This document shows positions 17,444 to 27,535 of a DNA stretch of 63,732 bases, piece after piece. Positions within the stretch are counted from its first letter, which is position 1. Every line of letters begins with the position of its first letter. A program made the position numbers and the translations under genes. The notes under the pieces are model-generated. The model was given only the letters and a program-made list of their open reading frames with translations. It was not told where the DNA came from and ran no database searches. Source of the stretch: a virus (taxonomy: Duplodnaviria; Caudoviricetes); the IMG/VR virus record IMGVR_UViG_3300031454_000243, positions 1-63,732 of that record. One strand, given 5' to 3'.

Positions 17444-18037
17444 ATGCCCGATCACGATACCACGATCCCGTTTGGTTACTGCGAGTGCGGCTGTGGAAAC
17501 AAGACCACGATAGCGTCGTACAACTCCTCCAAGGCAGGCGTGACGAAGGGTCAGCCCCGACGGTTCATTTGCGGTCACAACAACTATCTGAACATTGTTC
17601 CGAGAGAGAATTTCCCGCTGAATCCGTCGGGTAAGTGCATGTGCGGCTGTGGCAATGACACCGCCATCATCACGACGTTGCGGCGCGATCGAGGTCTTTG
17701 GCCCGGAGACCGTGCGTGCTTCATTCGCGGCCATGCGAGGGCCAAAACGCCCGTAAGTGATGTTGACTACATCATTGATTCCGAAACCGAATGTTGGGTC
17801 TGGCAGCGTGGAATAAACGAGAAAGGGTATGGATCGATCTTCACACCCGATGGGACGCGTACGGCTCATCGGTATTACTTCGTCCTGCATAAGGGGTCGA
17901 TTCCTGAAGACCTCGAAATCGACCATCTCTGCGTCAACCGAAGGTGTGTCAACCCAGCCCATCTTGAGGCGGTGACCCATGCCGAAAACCTCCGACGGGG
18001 ATGGGAGCGGCGACGGGCACTCAAAGACGCGGCATAG
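17444..18037 (+). CDS. HNH endonuclease, antisense to the tail operon
   Basis: Two CxCGC repeats, CW.W, DHLC.NRRCVNPAHLE...EN; own TAGAAT -10 at 17369 and GGGGG RBS. Confidence 0.9.
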   Translation: MPDHDTTIPFGYCECGCGNKTTIASYNSSKAGVTKGQPRRFICGHNNYLNIVPRENFPLNPSGKCMCGCGNDTAIITTLRRDRGLWPGDRACFIRGHARAKTPVSDVDYIIDSETECWVWQRGINEKGYGSIFTPDGTRTAHRYYFVLHKGSIPEDLEIDHLCVNRRCVNPAHLEAVTHAENLRRGWERRRALKDAA

Positions 18038-18046
18038 TTCGGCCAT

Positions 18047-21000
18047 CTAGTACGCCCCTCCCGGATTTTGGCCGCCGAAGACCAAACTCATGGCGGTCGG
18101 CAGGTCATTGACGAACCGGCTCAGCCGGACCATCTCTTCGGCGTCCTTCACCGAAACGGTCATGGTGTTGTACTGGGTGAGGGTGTAGGTGTTCTGGGGC
18201 TTGCTGGTAGACACCGGGGCCGCGACGGGTGCGGGGGTCGAAGCTACGGGCGTGGACGCCATCGTGGGTGGTTGCCAGCCGGTTCCCCAGAACTTCTTCG
18301 GGTCGAGGATGAGGCTCCAGTCCTCGGCAATCGCGCCCCCAACGGTCTTGGCGATCTCCAGGAGCCGGGCCTGCGCGTTGGCCTCGGTCCCGGCCAGGGC
18401 CTTGCCGATCTGACCGACGATATCGGTCGGATGCTCGATGAATGCCTGGAGCCGAGTCGCCTCGTTGATGAGTCCCTGCATACCGGCGGACACCCCACGG
18501 TCCAGGTTGCGAATGAGCCCGTCCAGTTCCTTCCAGGGCTGGAAGTAGGCCGCCTCCTCGAACGTCACCTTCGTGCCGTCTTTCAGGGACGCCGCGATGG
18601 CCTCGAATGGCCCCATAGTCGCGGGGATCTTCCCGAGCCCAGCTGCCGCGGCGAACATGGCCCGTGCCGAGTCGGCCAGCGGACCGAGGGCCGCCCGGAG
18701 CTGGTCGGCCCCGAGGTTCTGGCCGACCAGGGCCTTGAGTTGGTTGCCGAATCCCCCGAGGTCGCCGAGCCCGTACTTGCTGGCCAGACCGGACGCGACC
18801 CGGGAGATGTCGGCAACGGTCTGGCCGAACCCACTCATCCCGGAGTAGTCTCGTGCGGTGCCGCGCCCCACCGTCGCGCTGTAGTCCTCGAACTGGCTCA
18901 CCTTGAACCCGTCTCGACGAAGCGAGTCAATGTTGGCTGCAAGCTGAGCGATGTACGCCTTCTCTTGCGCACCGCCGTCCCAGCCACCGTCCTCGATCTT
19001 GCCCTGCAAGGTGTCGAGTGACCGGAGCAATGCCAACTGCTGATCGTTCATCATCGATGCGGCCTGGGCATCCTGCGGACCGTAGCCATTCGTTCTCTTG
19101 AAGTCGAAGTACTGATCGTGTGTGACCGCGCCAGGCTGACCGATAGCCAGCATCTTTTCCCCGACGCCCATCCACTTTTGGGCCTGTGCCCATGCCGCGT
19201 CGGCAGCCGCCAGAGACGATTGCGCGATCCCACCGAATTGAGAGCGAAGCATGTCAGCCAGCCGGATCAGATCGGCCTCCACCGGATCGAAGACATTGGC
19301 GAATGCCCCCTTGTCCGAACCGGTGGCGATCAGGTTCTTCAGGGCGCGGAAGGTGCTCTCGAACACGTTGGCCTGCCCCTCGAACGGGGCCAGTGCCTTG
19401 CCGATCTGCCGTGTGAGCTCCGAAATCATCTGGTTGGGCAGATGGGCTAGCACGTCACTGTTCCACTCGCCACCCTGGAGCACCGCCGCCAGCGAGTCCC
19501 CGATGACCTTCATGGTGTCGGTCAGATTGGTCGTGGTTCGGAGATCTGCCCCGGAGGCCGACTGGCGCCAGTCGGCCCCTTGTAGGTTGGCAAAGAAGTT
19601 CCCGCGTCCGGTCGGCCGAGGCCCCGATCCGGCGTAGGAGTCGATCGCCGCCACGATGTCGCGCACGCCGCCCAGCCCCTTGAGTGCGGACTCGACCGTG
19701 CCGATCATGGCGGTGGCCGATGCGCCGACCGCCGTCACGGTGCTGTCGAGTCCGACGATCAGGCCCTTGCCGAGGTAGGAGCCGATCGCCTGCGTCATCT
19801 GGGACGGAGACCGGATCATGGCCTTCTTGCGCATGGCCCCATCGACCTGCGAGATCAGGGCGGCGGCATAGGCTCCGACTTCCTGCTGCATCGACGCAAG
19901 ACCATCGCGCAAACCGGCCCCAACGTTGACGCCGACGCTGTACGCCTTGTCGGCGGCGCCGCTGTTGCTGATGTTGTTCTTGACGCCGGTCATCATCTCG
20001 GCGGCCTTCTGGGCGCCGCCGATGGACATCGTGCCGAGCTTCGCGACCACGTCGCTGGACGTCGTCGAGGCGGCGCTGGTGGCCCCGGTCTTCAGACTGG
20101 CGAATGAGCCGAGCGACTGGCTGCTGAGGGCGTTGACGTGGCCGAGGCCCGTGCCCTTCATGGCGCCAAGGCTTGCGCTCACGCCGGCGTTCAGGGCCGT
20201 CGCGGACCCGGACGCGCCGAGCTGCATGTCGGCGAACCGGGTCTTGACGTCCACGCCGAGCCCGGTCGATTCCAACAGTCCGCTGGCGTGGAGCTTCGCG
20301 AACTCGCCCGCCGACAGGGTGGACAGCCCCGTGACCTGTGGCAGGCTCTCGGTCGCCATCCCGGTGAGGGCCGCGACCACCCCGGTCTTCATGGTCTCGC
20401 TGCCGGTCTTGATCCCGGTCATGACCTCGGCGAAGGCGGTCTTGGCGGTGTTGGCCTGCTCGATGAAGGTCGCGAACAGATCGCTGCCGCCGCCAAGCGA
20501 GCCGAAGTCCGGCATCTGCTGGCCAGCGAACTTGTTTCCTCCGCCGCTTCCACCGAGGTGTGACCGATTGTTCCAAGCGTCCTGCGCCCCCTGAATCTGT
20601 TCCGGGGTCATCCCGCCCGCCGGTGGCACCCACCCAGCGATCGGGTCTTTCACGGCGGACGTTATCCCGGAGATGTCCGGCAGGATGCCGAGGATGGCGC
20701 TCAGGATCTCGTCCTTTGACGGCCAGCTAAACGACGGGATGTCCGGCCAGGGGATCGCATCAACGATATTCTGAACACCGGGCCAGGAGAACGCGGGGAT
20801 GGCGGGCCAGGAGAGGTCCGGAACGAAGTCGCCCCAGTTGATCGAGGTCACATAGTCGATGAGCTTGACGGCCCCGGAGATGAACGACGACCACGCCAGC
20901 TTCGCGATGTAGGTCGCCACGTCAATTGCGCCACTTACGAAGCTGCCCCAGTCCAAGCTCTTGATGAAATCGACCACGTTGACGATGCCCGTAATGAACG

Positions 21001-24000
21001 ATGACCAGGCGAGTGAGCTGATGTAGCTGACGATACTGATGGAGCCACTGATAAAGGCGCCCCAATCGAGCGACGCAATGTAGGACGCGATGGCAACCGA
21101 TCCGGAGATAACGGTAGACCAGGCGAATGCCGCGATCTTCGTGGCGACATCAACGGTTCCGGAGATGAACGATCCCCAATCCAGCGAGGCGATGTAGTCC
21201 CCGACCGCGACGGCGCCGGTGACGAACGTCGTCCAGGCCAGCGCGGCAATGTAGGTCGTGACGTCAATCGCCCCGGAGACGAAGCTGCCCCAATCCAGGC
21301 TCTTGATGAAATCGACCACGTTGACGATGCCCGTGACGAACGATGACCAAGCGAGGGAACTGATGTAGCTCACGATGCTGACCGTGCCGGAGATGAACGA
21401 TGCCCAATCGAGACTGGCGATATATGTGCCGACCGCAACCGAACCGGAAATGACCGTCGACCAAAGGAATGACCCGATCTTCGTCGAAACGTCGACCGTG
21501 CCGGAAATGAACGCGCCCCAGTCAAGCGAGGCGATGTACCCGCCAACCGCGACGGCCCCAGTGACGAAGGCGGACCACGAGAGCTTGGCGATATAGGTCG
21601 CAACGTCCACCGCGCCCGAGACGAAGCCGGCCCAGTCGAGACTCGTGATGAAGTCCACCACGTTGACGATCCCAGTCACGAAGGCCGACCACGCCAGCGT
21701 CGAGACGTACTGCGCGATCGCGATGGTGCCGCTGATGAAGGCGCCCCAATCGAGGCTCGTGATGAAGTCGGCAATGGCGACGGCGCCCGTGATGACCGTG
21801 TCCCAGGCAAAGGATGCGATCCTGGTTCCGACATCCACGGCGCCGGAGATGAACGCCCCCCAGTCGAGGTCGGTGATGAAGTCTGCGAGCTTCAGGACCC
21901 CATCGACGAAGGCGTCCCATGCGAGGCTGGCGACGTAGCTGACCCATTCGAGCGCCGGGATGAACGCCGACCAGTCGATGTTCGTGATCGCGTCCCAGGC
22001 GAGCTCCAAGCCCGACTGGATGCCCTGCCAGACCCCCTCCAACGCCGAGCGGACCGAGCTGACCAGCGCCGACCAGTCGATCGCGCCGAGCTTGTCCGTC
22101 AACCAGTCCCAGAGATTGGTCGCGCCGGCCTTGAGGACCGACCACGCCGCGGTGAAGCCGGTCTTGAGGGCCGACCCGATGGTGCCCCACGGGATCGCGT
22201 TGAAGGCGTCCAGCAACAGGGTGCCGATGACGTCGGCGGCGGTGCCAAGGGTGCCCAGCAGGGCGGACCAGGCGTCCTGCAACCCGTCGAAGACGCCGGA
22301 CCAGTCGCCCCGCAGGAGGGCCGAGAACGCATCCCAGAGCCCGGTCAGCACGCCGATCAGTTGCTCGCCGACGACGTAGACGCCGACGAACACGTCCCGC
22401 AGACCCGGGAAGGCCTGGGACAGGGCGAAGACCGCGGCCTGGACGGGGTTGGCTCCCCGTTCCCGCAGATACCGGAAGGCATTGGTCAGGGTGTCGACCG
22501 TCTCACCGACCCAGGTGAAGACCTTGCCCAGGGTCCGGACCACGGTCCCGACGATCGGGATGTCCCGGGTGACGTTCGTGATCGCCTGGCCGATCCCGCG
22601 GAAGATCAGGCTGAAGGCGTCGCGGACGTCCCGTAGCTCGGACGGGATCGCCCGGATGACCCCCATGAAGCCGCCCTTGCTCCAGGCGGCCGAGAGATCG
22701 TGGGCGGTGTCGACCAACTTGCCGAGGCCGTGCATGATCGGCTGGAGAGCGCCACTGAACTGGCTCAGCCCGGCCTCGGCGTTGCCACTGGAGAAGATGT
22801 TGCCGAGCCAGTCCCACGCCGCCTGGACCTGGTCGACGAAGCTCTGGACTTGCGGCGCGATCCTGTCCAGCCAGCCGGCCAGCGAGGCGAAGAACGGGAT
22901 GTCGCCCCCGCCGATCCCGCGAATGGCGGCCGCCAGCGCATGGATCACGGACTCGACGACCTGCATCGGTTGTGTGACTGCCCGGAAAGCCGTCGTCATG
23001 TTTCCGGCGAGGTCGTGGATCGGCGTCATCACGCCGCCGGAGGAGAAGAAGTTGAAGGCGTTCTTGAACCGGTCGATGAAGCCCGTGACCTCGTCGACGA
23101 TGCCGTTGAACGCGTCCTTGACCGTGCTGCCGACCGCTCGGACGGCATCGCCGAAGCCGAGGAAGTTCGTCTTGTAGGCGATCCCCAACCCGACCAGGGC
23201 GGCGACGATCAGGCCGATCGGCCCGGTGACGGCCAGCATCGCGATCCGGGCCACCCGGAAGCCGTTGGCCAGCGGCCCCATCATGGAGCCGATCACGACC
23301 AGCGCCGGACCGACGGCGGCGGCGATCCCGGCGATCACGACGGTGATGGCCTTGGCGTGCGGCGACATGTCGGCCATCACGCCGATGACCTTCTGGAAGC
23401 CGCCGACCATCTTGAGCGCGATCGGGAGCAGCACCTGCCCGAACTGGGCGGCTACGTCCTTGAGTTCGGCCTTGAGGATGCGCTGCTGGTTGGCCAGTCC
23501 GCCGGACGTGCGGGCGAAGTCACCCTGCGCGGCGTTGGCCGAGCCGGTCTCGTCGGTGAGCTGCGACATGATGAAGCCGGAGCGGGCGGTTTCGAGCTGC
23601 TGGGTGGTCATGGCGCCATTGCCATCCCAGATGCCCTGCTCCAGCGCGTAGGCCTCCACCGTCGCCTGGTTCATGATGATGCCGTAGCGTTCGAGGGCGT
23701 CACCCTCACCCCGCAGTCCGGCGGTGATCGCGCCCAGCGCGTCTTCGGGCGACGTGTTGTAGAAGCTGGCGAGGTCGGCGGCGGCCGTCACGGTCTGGTC
23801 GGCGAAGGTGGCGGTCTGCGCTTCCGTCAGGCCCATCATGTTGCCGTAGGCCGCGAGCTGCGTGGTGGCGGACAGGTACTGCGTCTGCGACATGCCGACG
23901 GCGGTAGCGGCGTTGCGGCTGGTGTCGATCACGGTCTGGGCGGCGCTGCCGTAGACGGTGGTGACGGCGGACAGCGCCTCGTTGGAGTCCGAGGCCATCC

Positions 24001-24223
24001 CGACGATGCCGGTGCCAAGGGCGAGGATCGGCGCCGTGACACTGGCAGTCAGACCCAGCCCGACGCCCCGGATCACCTGCCCGGCGGCGCCGAACCGCTG
24101 CCCGCCGGTCTGCGCTTGCTGCCCAGTGGTTTCGACGGCGTTGCCGACCCCCCGCAGATCGGCCGTGGCCTGCTGGGCTCCCTGCGCATTGATGGCGATT
24201 TGCAAGGATGCGGCGGTGATCAA
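18047..24223 (-). CDS. Tape measure protein
   Basis: About 2,058 aa, Ala/Gly-rich, GDFART...ANQQR motif, Trp repeats; TTG start at 24223 after GAGAGG. Confidence 0.92.
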   Translation of the reverse strand: MITAASLQIAINAQGAQQATADLRGVGNAVETTGQQAQTGGQRFGAAGQVIRGVGLGLTASVTAPILALGTGIVGMASDSNEALSAVTTVYGSAAQTVIDTSRNAATAVGMSQTQYLSATTQLAAYGNMMGLTEAQTATFADQTVTAAADLASFYNTSPEDALGAITAGLRGEGDALERYGIIMNQATVEAYALEQGIWDGNGAMTTQQLETARSGFIMSQLTDETGSANAAQGDFARTSGGLANQQRILKAELKDVAAQFGQVLLPIALKMVGGFQKVIGVMADMSPHAKAITVVIAGIAAAVGPALVVIGSMMGPLANGFRVARIAMLAVTGPIGLIVAALVGLGIAYKTNFLGFGDAVRAVGSTVKDAFNGIVDEVTGFIDRFKNAFNFFSSGGVMTPIHDLAGNMTTAFRAVTQPMQVVESVIHALAAAIRGIGGGDIPFFASLAGWLDRIAPQVQSFVDQVQAAWDWLGNIFSSGNAEAGLSQFSGALQPIMHGLGKLVDTAHDLSAAWSKGGFMGVIRAIPSELRDVRDAFSLIFRGIGQAITNVTRDIPIVGTVVRTLGKVFTWVGETVDTLTNAFRYLRERGANPVQAAVFALSQAFPGLRDVFVGVYVVGEQLIGVLTGLWDAFSALLRGDWSGVFDGLQDAWSALLGTLGTAADVIGTLLLDAFNAIPWGTIGSALKTGFTAAWSVLKAGATNLWDWLTDKLGAIDWSALVSSVRSALEGVWQGIQSGLELAWDAITNIDWSAFIPALEWVSYVASLAWDAFVDGVLKLADFITDLDWGAFISGAVDVGTRIASFAWDTVITGAVAIADFITSLDWGAFISGTIAIAQYVSTLAWSAFVTGIVNVVDFITSLDWAGFVSGAVDVATYIAKLSWSAFVTGAVAVGGYIASLDWGAFISGTVDVSTKIGSFLWSTVISGSVAVGTYIASLDWASFISGTVSIVSYISSLAWSSFVTGIVNVVDFIKSLDWGSFVSGAIDVTTYIAALAWTTFVTGAVAVGDYIASLDWGSFISGTVDVATKIAAFAWSTVISGSVAIASYIASLDWGAFISGSISIVSYISSLAWSSFITGIVNVVDFIKSLDWGSFVSGAIDVATYIAKLAWSSFISGAVKLIDYVTSINWGDFVPDLSWPAIPAFSWPGVQNIVDAIPWPDIPSFSWPSKDEILSAILGILPDISGITSAVKDPIAGWVPPAGGMTPEQIQGAQDAWNNRSHLGGSGGGNKFAGQQMPDFGSLGGGSDLFATFIEQANTAKTAFAEVMTGIKTGSETMKTGVVAALTGMATESLPQVTGLSTLSAGEFAKLHASGLLESTGLGVDVKTRFADMQLGASGSATALNAGVSASLGAMKGTGLGHVNALSSQSLGSFASLKTGATSAASTTSSDVVAKLGTMSIGGAQKAAEMMTGVKNNISNSGAADKAYSVGVNVGAGLRDGLASMQQEVGAYAAALISQVDGAMRKKAMIRSPSQMTQAIGSYLGKGLIVGLDSTVTAVGASATAMIGTVESALKGLGGVRDIVAAIDSYAGSGPRPTGRGNFFANLQGADWRQSASGADLRTTTNLTDTMKVIGDSLAAVLQGGEWNSDVLAHLPNQMISELTRQIGKALAPFEGQANVFESTFRALKNLIATGSDKGAFANVFDPVEADLIRLADMLRSQFGGIAQSSLAAADAAWAQAQKWMGVGEKMLAIGQPGAVTHDQYFDFKRTNGYGPQDAQAASMMNDQQLALLRSLDTLQGKIEDGGWDGGAQEKAYIAQLAANIDSLRRDGFKVSQFEDYSATVGRGTARDYSGMSGFGQTVADISRVASGLASKYGLGDLGGFGNQLKALVGQNLGADQLRAALGPLADSARAMFAAAAGLGKIPATMGPFEAIAASLKDGTKVTFEEAAYFQPWKELDGLIRNLDRGVSAGMQGLINEATRLQAFIEHPTDIVGQIGKALAGTEANAQARLLEIAKTVGGAIAEDWSLILDPKKFWGTGWQPPTMASTPVASTPAPVAAPVSTSKPQNTYTLTQYNTMTVSVKDAEEMVRLSRFVNDLPTAMSLVFGGQNPGGAY
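20843..21868 (-). repeat. 18 x 19-aa Trp repeat organised as 3 x 114 aa (342 bp) in the tape measure
   Basis: Units such as LDWGAFISGAVDVGTRIAS and LAWSAFVTGIVNVVDFITS recur with a six-unit period. Confidence 0.9.
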
Positions 24224-24224
24224 A

Positions 24225-24290
24225 GAATTGCCTCTCAGCAAGTGCGCAGAGCCTGATCGGCTACTGTCCGCACTTGCTCAGAGGCAATTC
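24225..24290 (-). promoter_or_regulatory. Leader hairpin occluding the tape-measure RBS
   Basis: 22-bp stem with one mismatch; GAGAGG lies in the 3' arm; TATACT -10 at 24314-24319. Confidence 0.7.
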
Positions 24291-24332
24291 CCCGTAGGGT
24301 CGGAATGATCCCTAGTATACCCTAGCGTGTCA

Positions 24333-25271
24333 CTAGGCCGCCTCTTTCATGGCCTCCCGGATGCGTTGCGCCATCTCCGCTCGATAGTGGTCTAGCTGAT
24401 CAGGCAATTGAGCACCCTTCTTGCTGTTACAGGACCGGCAGCACGGCCGAATGTTCTCCGTCACATGGAGTCCACCCTTGCTCATCGGCACCACATGGTC
24501 GTAATTGTGGTTCGTCGCATCGAGGGGGGTGTCACAGATGTAGCACACGCCACTAGTCGCTTGATCGACTCGTGTCCAGTCGATCGGAGCGATAGCTGCC
24601 CGCGCCTTTCTCTCTCGATATGCCGCACTGATACGCTCGCTACGCTCGGGATTGTTCAATCGCCACTGCTTCGCCCTGACTGCTTGCTTCTCTTTATTCG
24701 CCGCACGTCGCTCGGCGCCTGATCGCAACCGGGCGGGGCTCTGATTCTCCCGTCGCCACTTCGCCCGTCGTTCATCCGGTGGCATGGCTTCCCGACGCTG
24801 ACGGTCGGCCTCCCGACGTTCTTCTTGATGCTCCTCGTTGTAGCGTCGGCCCCGCTCCCGCTCTCGCTCGCGATTGGCCTCGTGATACGCCGCATATCGT
24901 TGTTTCGTTTCTTCGGGGTGCTTCGCTGCCCACTCACGCTGGACAGCACACGCCTTCTCGGGATTGGCCCGGTACCGATCCCGACTGTACTGGACCTCAC
25001 AGGTGTGGCATTTCGCTGACATTCGGCCACCACGCATCGGGTACTCGGACAGCGGCTTGATCTCTTTGCACCACCGGCACCATCGGACACCGCCAGCATT
25101 GCGGGCGATCTCTTTAGCTTGCATCGTTGCGCGCCGGCCGTCCTGCTGGCACGATGGAGAACAGTAGCGAAGGTTCTTCCATCTCAACGGCGAGAGATCG
25201 GATGCGCGGGGGAATGGCTTGCCGCAGTAACCGCACGGCTTGGTCTCGATTGACGTATCATCGGTGAGCAT
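24333..25271 (-). CDS. HNH endonuclease with N-terminal Zn fingers and charged helical linker
   Basis: CGYC..YCSPSC, CRWC..CHTC, CYIC..DHVVPMSKGG..N..CCRSCNSKK; AGGAG RBS. Confidence 0.9.
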   Translation of the reverse strand: MLTDDTSIETKPCGYCGKPFPRASDLSPLRWKNLRYCSPSCQQDGRRATMQAKEIARNAGGVRWCRWCKEIKPLSEYPMRGGRMSAKCHTCEVQYSRDRYRANPEKACAVQREWAAKHPEETKQRYAAYHEANRERERERGRRYNEEHQEERREADRQRREAMPPDERRAKWRRENQSPARLRSGAERRAANKEKQAVRAKQWRLNNPERSERISAAYRERKARAAIAPIDWTRVDQATSGVCYICDTPLDATNHNYDHVVPMSKGGLHVTENIRPCCRSCNSKKGAQLPDQLDHYRAEMAQRIREAMKEAA

Positions 25272-25354
25272 GAGGTGCTCCTAACACTGAATGCGCGACG
25301 GGGTGTGCATCAACACACCCCGTCACTATTTTACCTGATTTCGGTGACTTTTGG

Positions 25355-25567
25355 TCACGCAGCCGCTTGATTGGCATGCGGCTGCGACCGGTGAACAATC
25401 CGATCATTCAGCTCGATCCATACCCCATCCTCCATGTCCCAGCGGTGATAGACCTCGACGCGGTAGGTCCCCTGAGACATCGCTCTGCCGCACTCCCGGC
25501 ACTTGATTTCCACGATGGTTCCCAGCGCCTTCGCATGCCGAGTCCTTGAACAGCGCAGGTCGGTCAC
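25355..25567 (-). CDS. Com-like zinc-finger protein
   Basis: DLRCSRTRH...IVEIKCRECG; GTGA-coupled. Confidence 0.55.
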   Translation of the reverse strand: MTDLRCSRTRHAKALGTIVEIKCRECGRAMSQGTYRVEVYHRWDMEDGVWIELNDRIVHRSQPHANQAAA

Positions 25568-26153
25568 GTCTTCCTCCCCTGCTGCTCCTGGGCCTCGTGG
25601 CGGGCGTGACGGATCATGCGCCAGTAGGCGACGTAGTGGGCCGGCCAGTCCTGCAACGCCATCGGGCTAATGTGGAGCGATTCGGCCAGCAGCAGCTCGT
25701 CGATCTCGGGGGGCAGCGGTCGGGAGCGTCCGGCTTCGACCTCGACCTCGTACATCGCGGGGTCCGTGAAGGCCCACGTTACGAGGGCGAGGTCCCCGGG
25801 TTTGGGTTGATGGCCCCCGAGATCGCCTCGAACAGGTCCTTCACGTTATTGACGCCGAGATCTTCAATGGTCTGGGAGGTCATCGGCAGGACGTTCCCGT
25901 CGTCGTCGGTCATGTCCCAGGAGTCCATGGGCTGGAAGAACAGGTCGGTCATCCGGTCGATGTCGCCCAGACGGGTCGCGTCGGCCATGTCTTTCTGGAG
26001 CCGGTAGGTGAACTTGTTGACGTCGATCCGCATCGTCAGGACATCGCCGTCCCCGAAGTCGACCACGGCATCCTTGAGGTAGGGGCGGTTCTTGAGCTTG
26101 CTGAGCTTGGGCATGGTCTGCGGTCTCCGGTCGCGCTCACGGCGCGTGGTCAT
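25564..26153 (-). CDS. Tail assembly chaperone pair; short form 25779-26153, long form via -1 frameshift
   Basis: Lies after the major tail gene; slippery C CCA AAC at 25800-25806; the -1 frame is open into MYEVEVEA... to 25564. Confidence 0.8.
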
Positions 26154-26173
26154 CAGGTGGTGCCAGGGACGGT

Positions 26174-26206
26174 GCGCACGGCGGGAGCACCCGGTCCGCC
26201 GTGCGC
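26174..26206 (-). terminator. Hairpin after the major tail gene (terminator or stabiliser)
   Basis: 11-bp stem GCGCACGGCGG/CCGCCGTGCGC; no U-tract. Confidence 0.45.
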
Positions 26207-26213
26207 CGAATCG

Positions 26214-27218
26214 CTAGAGACCGGTGACGGCATTCACAAGGACCAGCTTCGACACGTTGGTGCTGACATCGTCGACGGCCAGGGTGAAGCTGAACGGGAC
26301 CGACACGGCCGGGCTGTTGGGCGCGGCGCTGTACTCGCCGATGCTGGTCACGCGGACGCAGTAGTCCACCACCATGCTGAAGGGGATGGCTCCGGCGATG
26401 ATCGGCCCGATCGACTCGATCCGAATGAACTTCAGGTCGCCAGCGTTGAAGGTGTTGAGCAGGCTGAGAGCGGTGGCGTCGAACCCGACCCGCAGGTTGC
26501 CGCTGTACTCGGTGGACTCGGCCTCCAGCACCTCGGAGAACGACGACAGCGCCCGGTTGATCGCCCAGTCGGGGGTGTACTTATCCCCCATCGTCAGGCC
26601 GCCCTCGTAGGCCGCCAGGAGCTGGGTGGTGCCGAGCGCGGCCCAGGTGTTGTCCATGTAGATGTTGAACTGCCGGCCGGCCATCGGTCGCGTGCCGACG
26701 TCGGTGATGGCGCCGGACGCGGGAAAGGCGATGCCGGTCTTCGGCATGTAGGACATGGCGGAACTGGTCAGCGACAGGGCGCCCCGGGCGATGGAGACGC
26801 CGAAGGTGTTGAACAGGAAGTGCGGCAACTGGAGCGCCTGGACCGCGTCGCCCCAGAAGCCGGTGAACGTCACCCGCGGATCGGCGGAATAGGCGTTCAG
26901 GGTGTAGGTGTGGGTGTAGGTCCCGACGGCCGCCGCCGCCCCGGCTACCGAGACGGGGGCGCCGTAGCCGCCGGTCGCGGCCCAGGTGGCGCCGTTGTAG
27001 TCCAGGATCGTGTCGATCCCGATCGTGCCCATCTCGGTGTTGGGGACGCGGGCGGTGTTGACCTTCGAGCCACTGGCCTTGAAGTCGTCGCCCTCGATCG
27101 CGTAGCCGACGGTGCCCCGGAGCGACTGGACGCGCTTGAACCCGGTCGTGGCTGGCGTGCCGGCCGTGGCCTCCCGGGCGAGGACGAGCTGCTGGTTGGT
27201 CATCGATCGTGCTGGCAT
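26214..27218 (-). CDS. Major tail (tube) protein
   Basis: E.T.GTP N-terminus, YTHTY, LVN C-terminus; GAGGAG RBS; position. Confidence 0.85.
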   Translation of the reverse strand: MPARSMTNQQLVLAREATAGTPATTGFKRVQSLRGTVGYAIEGDDFKASGSKVNTARVPNTEMGTIGIDTILDYNGATWAATGGYGAPVSVAGAAAAVGTYTHTYTLNAYSADPRVTFTGFWGDAVQALQLPHFLFNTFGVSIARGALSLTSSAMSYMPKTGIAFPASGAITDVGTRPMAGRQFNIYMDNTWAALGTTQLLAAYEGGLTMGDKYTPDWAINRALSSFSEVLEAESTEYSGNLRVGFDATALSLLNTFNAGDLKFIRIESIGPIIAGAIPFSMVVDYCVRVTSIGEYSAAPNSPAVSVPFSFTLAVDDVSTNVSKLVLVNAVTGL

Positions 27219-27289
27219 CGTGGTGCTCCTCAGGAGTGAGGGCACCGGGCATTAAGAAGCCACCGGCCACGATCTCGGTTGTCAGACGG

Positions 27290-27535
27290 TTAGCGGACGA
27301 TCGTCACGCGATGGCGGCATCGTGGGCAGGTCAGGGTCAGCCGACCTTCGAGCGATTCGGCGATGGCCTTGCGACACTCCGGACAACGGACAAGATCAGT
27401 CGACAGGTCCGTGGGCAATGACGCCGGGTCTTTCATGGGGCCGCCGAAGTCAGCCCACGATGGATCAATGATGACGTCCAACGGTCCTTTGGCGTTCAGG
27501 ACCAGCTCGATGTTCGCTAAGGATCGTGCTGGCAT
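27290..27535 (-). CDS. Com-like zinc-finger protein with an N-terminus copied from the major tail gene
   Basis: VRCPECRKAIAE...LTCPRCRH; starts MPARS like the major tail protein. Confidence 0.7.
   Translation of the reverse strand: MPARSLANIELVLNAKGPLDVIIDPSWADFGGPMKDPASLPTDLSTDLVRCPECRKAIAESLEGRLTLTCPRCRHRVTIVR

Noticed and set aside
17339-18046. HNH insert as a group I intron
   Set aside because: It lies between genes, the HNH is antisense, and there is no room for a ribozyme core
24333-25271. HNH as an IscB/Cas9-like RNA-guided nuclease
   Set aside because: No RuvC motifs or PLMP N-terminus, and the adjacent non-coding region is too short for an omega-type RNA
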